From the IMG/VR virus record IMGVR_UViG_3300044821_000131, positions 124,001 to 188,000 of that record: a DNA stretch of 64,000 nt, one strand, 5' to 3'. Positions 60,284 through 64,000 of the stretch are shown here, piece by piece. The notes beneath the pieces were generated by a model that worked only from the letters and a program-made list of their open reading frames with translations, made no database searches and was not told where the DNA came from. The position numbers and the translations under genes are program-made. Each line of letters begins with the position of its first letter. Position 1 is the first letter of the stretch.

Positions 60284-60587
60284 CAAAGACTTGGCCGAAG
60301 TTTTAAGACTGAAAGCGGTAGTTGAATTTGAAACCCCGATCGACGGACCTTGGAACGGCGGACGTAAATCCGTGTTCGAATTCAAACCGAAAGTTGATCC
60401 CACCAAAGGCAAACCAGCCATCCGTTGGGGAAGTTTCGGGGCGAATTATTGGTTCTCGCTTAATCAAGGTAAAAACCTAAAATCCCATTTGACCGGGGTT
60501 CGCCGAAAACTTCGAGGCGCTCCGAAACGAAGAATTGAATTTCAGACAATGACACCAGATGAAATCTATGCCGTCCGATACTGCTAA
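60276..60587 (+). CDS. hypothetical small protein
   Basis: 103-aa ORF overlapping its neighbours. Confidence 0.55.
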   Translation: MNDKDLAEVLRLKAVVEFETPIDGPWNGGRKSVFEFKPKVDPTKGKPAIRWGSFGANYWFSLNQGKNLKSHLTGVRRKLRGAPKRRIEFQTMTPDEIYAVRYC

Positions 60588-60768
60588 ACAAAACGACACA
60601 GCCAAGGCCAGGATATTCTGGCCCGATGGCAGGATTGAACACTTCGACGATCAGCAAATGGCTTATCGTCTTTACATCGGCCTTCCACCTAAATTTCGTT
60701 GCGCCTTTCGAGGCAAGCACGACGCGCGTCCGGTGCACCCGGGTGACATGGTGGCTGGAGTTCCGTGA
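60559..60768 (+). CDS. hypothetical small protein
   Basis: 69-aa ORF. Confidence 0.5.
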   Translation: MKSMPSDTAKQNDTAKARIFWPDGRIEHFDDQQMAYRLYIGLPPKFRCAFRGKHDARPVHPGDMVAGVP

Positions 60769-60780
60769 AACTTTACAAAT

Positions 60781-61065
60781 ATGACTAGACAAGAATCGAC
60801 GGCCGTCCAGACACTAAGTTTACCGGAATCTTGGCCTAATATATTCGCAGATGGTCGTGAAGTAAGGAAGTTTTCGAAACCGTGCTGGTACATATTAGCC
60901 GGCGAGTTTGGAGCTTTCGTGGCCAAATCCAAGTGCGGAAAATTTGAAGCCATTGCCGAACCAAGAGATTCAGGATGGCAATTCTGGCTAGTGCGTACCA
61001 TCGATGGCGAGACCATACAGGAACTATTTTTGTCATCGACCATACCATATAAGCAACGACTTTGA
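60781..61065 (+). CDS. hypothetical small protein
   Basis: 94-aa ORF. Confidence 0.5.
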   Translation: MTRQESTAVQTLSLPESWPNIFADGREVRKFSKPCWYILAGEFGAFVAKSKCGKFEAIAEPRDSGWQFWLVRTIDGETIQELFLSSTIPYKQRL

Positions 61066-61080
61066 AGCAAAGACCTAAAA

Positions 61081-61362
61081 ATGAATATGGAACAAAAACA
61101 CTTTGAAAAACCTAGTCAGCTAACGGAACTCGTCCTACGCCTTGAGCGTATCGCCAAGAAAAATCGCGATGAGTTCTGTTATAATATTGAAGTCGAGCCG
61201 AAATTAAGCGGTCGCCTTCAGTATCGTTTTGTATGTAACGAGAAGGCCGAAGATCATGGCTTCGTGGGTGGAGAAGGCGACACCTTGGAAGCCGCGGTAG
61301 AGGCGGCGACGGCAGAGATCGAAGAAGCTTGTGAAATTTGGGGCTATAAGCCAGTACAATAA
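61081..61362 (+). CDS. hypothetical small acidic protein
   Basis: 93-aa ORF; GEGDTLEAAVEAA resembles a HicB-like N-terminal motif. Confidence 0.55.
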   Translation: MNMEQKHFEKPSQLTELVLRLERIAKKNRDEFCYNIEVEPKLSGRLQYRFVCNEKAEDHGFVGGEGDTLEAAVEAATAEIEEACEIWGYKPVQ

Positions 61363-61365
61363 TGT

Positions 61366-63399
61366 ATGAACATTGCCACACTTTATTCCGCTATGGTCGA
61401 CCGAATTAACCTGCTCGACCACGCTTACTGGGTGCAGAACGAACCTTTAGTCAGCGACCAGCAGTATGACCGAGAAATGCAGTCACTTATAGCGTTCGAA
61501 AAGGATCACCCCGATCTCGTATCTGTCAGAAGCCCGACCCAAAGAATTGGTGGCGGACTAGCATCTGGTTTCGTGTCCCGACCCCACGTGTTGCCTTGCC
61601 TGTCGCTGGATAACGTATTCAAGCCGTCCGATCTGGAACAAAAGATATTGGGCTGGCACACAGAATTGGGAATACGCGAAGATATTAAGATGCAGTGCAT
61701 TGTCGAGCCGAAGATCGACGGCCTGTCTCTGGATCTCAAATATAAGCACGGGGATCTGGTGCAAGCATTAACCCGAGGCAATGGCACCGAAGGTGATGAC
61801 GTCACTACGAATGCCAAGACCATCCACAGTATACCGTTTTATGTGCCAGGATTCGGTAAGGACTCGGACATCCATGTTCGTGGAGAGGTGTTCCTGACTT
61901 TCGAGGATTTCAAATTGATTAACGAGCGCCAAGAAACTTTGGGACGCGAGAAGTTCGCGAATCCAAGAAACGCCGCGTCAGGTTCGATGAAACTACTGGA
62001 TTCGTTCGAAGTAGCTCAGCGGCGGCTCAGCTTTATGCCGTATCACGTGTTGAACGGGTGCCATACATTAGTGCCCGTATATCAGGATGAGCTGCATGGA
62101 TGGTTCAAAGACATGGGATTCAAGGCAGTGCCTTGGTTCAAGGTCGGAGACAACGTTGAAGATGTAGTGGACTGGGTAATGAAGTTTGAAGCACTACGGC
62201 CTACGATGACCTTCCCGGTTGACGGGGCAGTCATCAAACTGAACTATCGTCCTTGTTGGGACCAATTAACCAATTCGACCCGTGCTGTGCGATGGGGCTA
62301 TGCCTACAAGTATGCACCTTCGGAAGTTGAAACCGTGTTGAATTCCATAACCGTTCAGGTAGGACGTACCGGGGCGTTGGCGCCAGTGGCTGAATTGGAA
62401 CCTGTGGAGATCGATGGCAGCGTCATTGGTCGGGCGTCGTTACATAACTTCGATGAGATCGACAGGCTGGACGTTCGTGTGGGCGATACAGTTGTTATAG
62501 CGAAACAGGGGGAGATTATTCCTAATGTTGTTCGGGTGGTAAAAGCGAAGCGTAACAAAAACTGTACAGTTTTTGTTCCACCAGAAGCCTGTCCAATTTG
62601 TCAGTCCCCAGTTGAGAAAAAGACACTCAGTGACGGCAAGACACAAAGCGTGGCTATTTATTGCAACAATAAACAATGTCCGGCGATTCGCATCGGATCA
62701 ATTATACACTGGGCGGCCAAGGCTCAGATGGACATTGAGGGCTTAGGAGAATCGTCCGCAGAGAGCCTCTTCAATCTGTTGCACGTCGACAGCATTGACA
62801 AGCTATATGAGCTGACCGTCAAGAGTCTTCGTGGAGTATCTGGCAATGTCTTCGGCGCCAAGGAGGCTGAGAACCTCTACAACGCGATCCAGGCCAGCAA
62901 GGACCGAGGCATGGAAGCAGTACTGGCGGGATTGGGAATCGATCACATTGGTAACACGTTGGCCCGAAAGCTTGCTCTTCGCTACGAGGACCTGTGGGCC
63001 TTTTTGAATACCGATACTCCGGAATTGCAGAAGCAGGTAGGACCTGTAGTTTTGAAATCGCTTGAAGACAATGACGAGTGGATACGCATTATGGTAATGA
63101 AACTTGAGAAACACGGTGTCAATTTAAAATCGAAAACGTTTAACCCTGCGGCGGCTTCTGGAGCGTTGGCCGGAAAATCGATATGCTTTACCGGAACATT
63201 AAGCATGGATCGCGATGAGGCGGCACGACTGGCAGAAGCGAAAGGAGCCAAGGTGGTCAACAGTATAAGCAAGAAACTGTCTTATTTGGTAGTGGGTGAC
63301 AGCGCTGGCTCCAAGTTGGACAAGGCCAAGGCTTTGGGAACGGTACAGATCATTGGAGAAGAAGACTTCTTGAAACTAATAGGCAAAACGGATGAGTAA
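61366..63399 (+). CDS. ligA: NAD-dependent DNA ligase
   Basis: EPKIDG adenylation motif, TRGNGTEGDDVT, FANPRNAASGS, VDGAVIK, QVGRTG, Cys4 Zn finger, HhH, BRCT (FTGTL..GSKLDKA). Confidence 0.97.
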   Translation: MNIATLYSAMVDRINLLDHAYWVQNEPLVSDQQYDREMQSLIAFEKDHPDLVSVRSPTQRIGGGLASGFVSRPHVLPCLSLDNVFKPSDLEQKILGWHTELGIREDIKMQCIVEPKIDGLSLDLKYKHGDLVQALTRGNGTEGDDVTTNAKTIHSIPFYVPGFGKDSDIHVRGEVFLTFEDFKLINERQETLGREKFANPRNAASGSMKLLDSFEVAQRRLSFMPYHVLNGCHTLVPVYQDELHGWFKDMGFKAVPWFKVGDNVEDVVDWVMKFEALRPTMTFPVDGAVIKLNYRPCWDQLTNSTRAVRWGYAYKYAPSEVETVLNSITVQVGRTGALAPVAELEPVEIDGSVIGRASLHNFDEIDRLDVRVGDTVVIAKQGEIIPNVVRVVKAKRNKNCTVFVPPEACPICQSPVEKKTLSDGKTQSVAIYCNNKQCPAIRIGSIIHWAAKAQMDIEGLGESSAESLFNLLHVDSIDKLYELTVKSLRGVSGNVFGAKEAENLYNAIQASKDRGMEAVLAGLGIDHIGNTLARKLALRYEDLWAFLNTDTPELQKQVGPVVLKSLEDNDEWIRIMVMKLEKHGVNLKSKTFNPAAASGALAGKSICFTGTLSMDRDEAARLAEAKGAKVVNSISKKLSYLVVGDSAGSKLDKAKALGTVQIIGEEDFLKLIGKTDE

Positions 63400-63883
63400 G
63401 AAACCAACCATTACTTCGGTGATAGATCCATTGTGTGAATGCGACAATTGTGGGCATCGCTGTGGTTGTAGCAAGCTGGCTCAAATTCACAATCTGTTGG
63501 ATCGACTCGACGTGGGTGGGGAGATGCCGGCAGGTGATTGTCCCAAGTGCGGATGTTTCAGTTATTTGGTCAAGCCAGAGGTTGTTGTTAGCTTCACACG
63601 TCAAGCTGGAGAAGATATTAAAAAACTTGATGGCTGCGTTACCCACTATACCAAAGATCTTCGTGGTCTCTTGGAAGAACAGCTGGTAAAGGAGATCAAT
63701 AAAAATCCTATCTTGGCACGAATGAACAAGATGCCGAGATGCTCCAGCGCAATCGATAGATTTGGTACCTACAAAACGACGGTGGTGTTCGAAACGGACT
63801 TAGATTGGATCACCATGCAGCAAGTGCTGCAGTGGACTTATGACACATTTGGCATGACCGGGTCGTTTGAAAAATATGAGTGA
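63392..63883 (+). CDS. hypothetical Zn-finger protein
   Basis: CDNCG and PAGDCPKCG. Confidence 0.6.
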   Translation: MSKKPTITSVIDPLCECDNCGHRCGCSKLAQIHNLLDRLDVGGEMPAGDCPKCGCFSYLVKPEVVVSFTRQAGEDIKKLDGCVTHYTKDLRGLLEEQLVKEINKNPILARMNKMPRCSSAIDRFGTYKTTVVFETDLDWITMQQVLQWTYDTFGMTGSFEKYE

Positions 63884-64000
63884 CAGACCTCACATTGAAC
63901 CCAATATGAAGATTAAACTAGGATGGGTGTCCGATAGTCATCTGGGCTATTCGCAGTACGGGTCGTCGAAACGTAGACGTGACTTCGCGTTGGGGCTGAA
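63876..64000 (+). CDS. SbcD/Mre11-type metallophosphoesterase nuclease, N-terminus (truncated by the window end)
   Basis: my translation MSDRPHIEPNMKIKLGWVSDSHLGYSQYGSSKRRRDF contains the SDxHLG motif I; not in the ORF track. Confidence 0.75.
   Translation, partial: MSDRPHIEPNMKIKLGWVSDSHLGYSQYGSSKRRRDFALGL

Noticed and set aside
54377-63399. Inteins or introns in terminase and ligase
   Set aside because: Lengths (611 and 677 aa) and motif spacing are normal; no C...HN splice motifs or homing endonuclease were seen
1-64000. Stop-codon reassignment as seen in some large phages
   Set aside because: Long genes are intact under code 11, and TAA, TGA and TAG all end genes at tight junctions

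Overview
The window is a 64-kb segment of a large, uncharacterised contractile-tailed (myovirus-like, probably jumbo) dsDNA phage genome using the standard genetic code. From about 1 to 47 kb a tightly packed + strand late region encodes the head module (putative prohead protease, scaffold, decoration protein, major capsid protein), neck proteins, a 1421-aa tail sheath, tail tube, spike, tail-assembly chaperones, tape measure, baseplate (with a sigma-70-family factor embedded in it) and fibre proteins. Two long Thr-rich collagen-like fibre genes, one carrying an SGNH esterase, are followed directly by an FkbM methyltransferase and a GT4 glycosyltransferase. From 47 to 64 kb lie a primase-like gene (- strand), a terminase large subunit (- strand), many small early-type ORFs, an RNase H, an NAD-dependent DNA ligase and the start of an SbcD/Mre11 nuclease. 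The main leads are: a possible phage-encoded glycosylation/methylation system for collagen fibres; a recurring K-x-A(S/A) motif in head proteins that looks like a prohead-protease cleavage code; sigma70-like promoters placed so that transcripts would be leaderless; and a candidate -1 frameshift before the tape measure gene. All functional calls come from motif reading and gene order; no database searches were run. No tRNA, rRNA, CRISPR array, integrase or reverse transcriptase was recognised.
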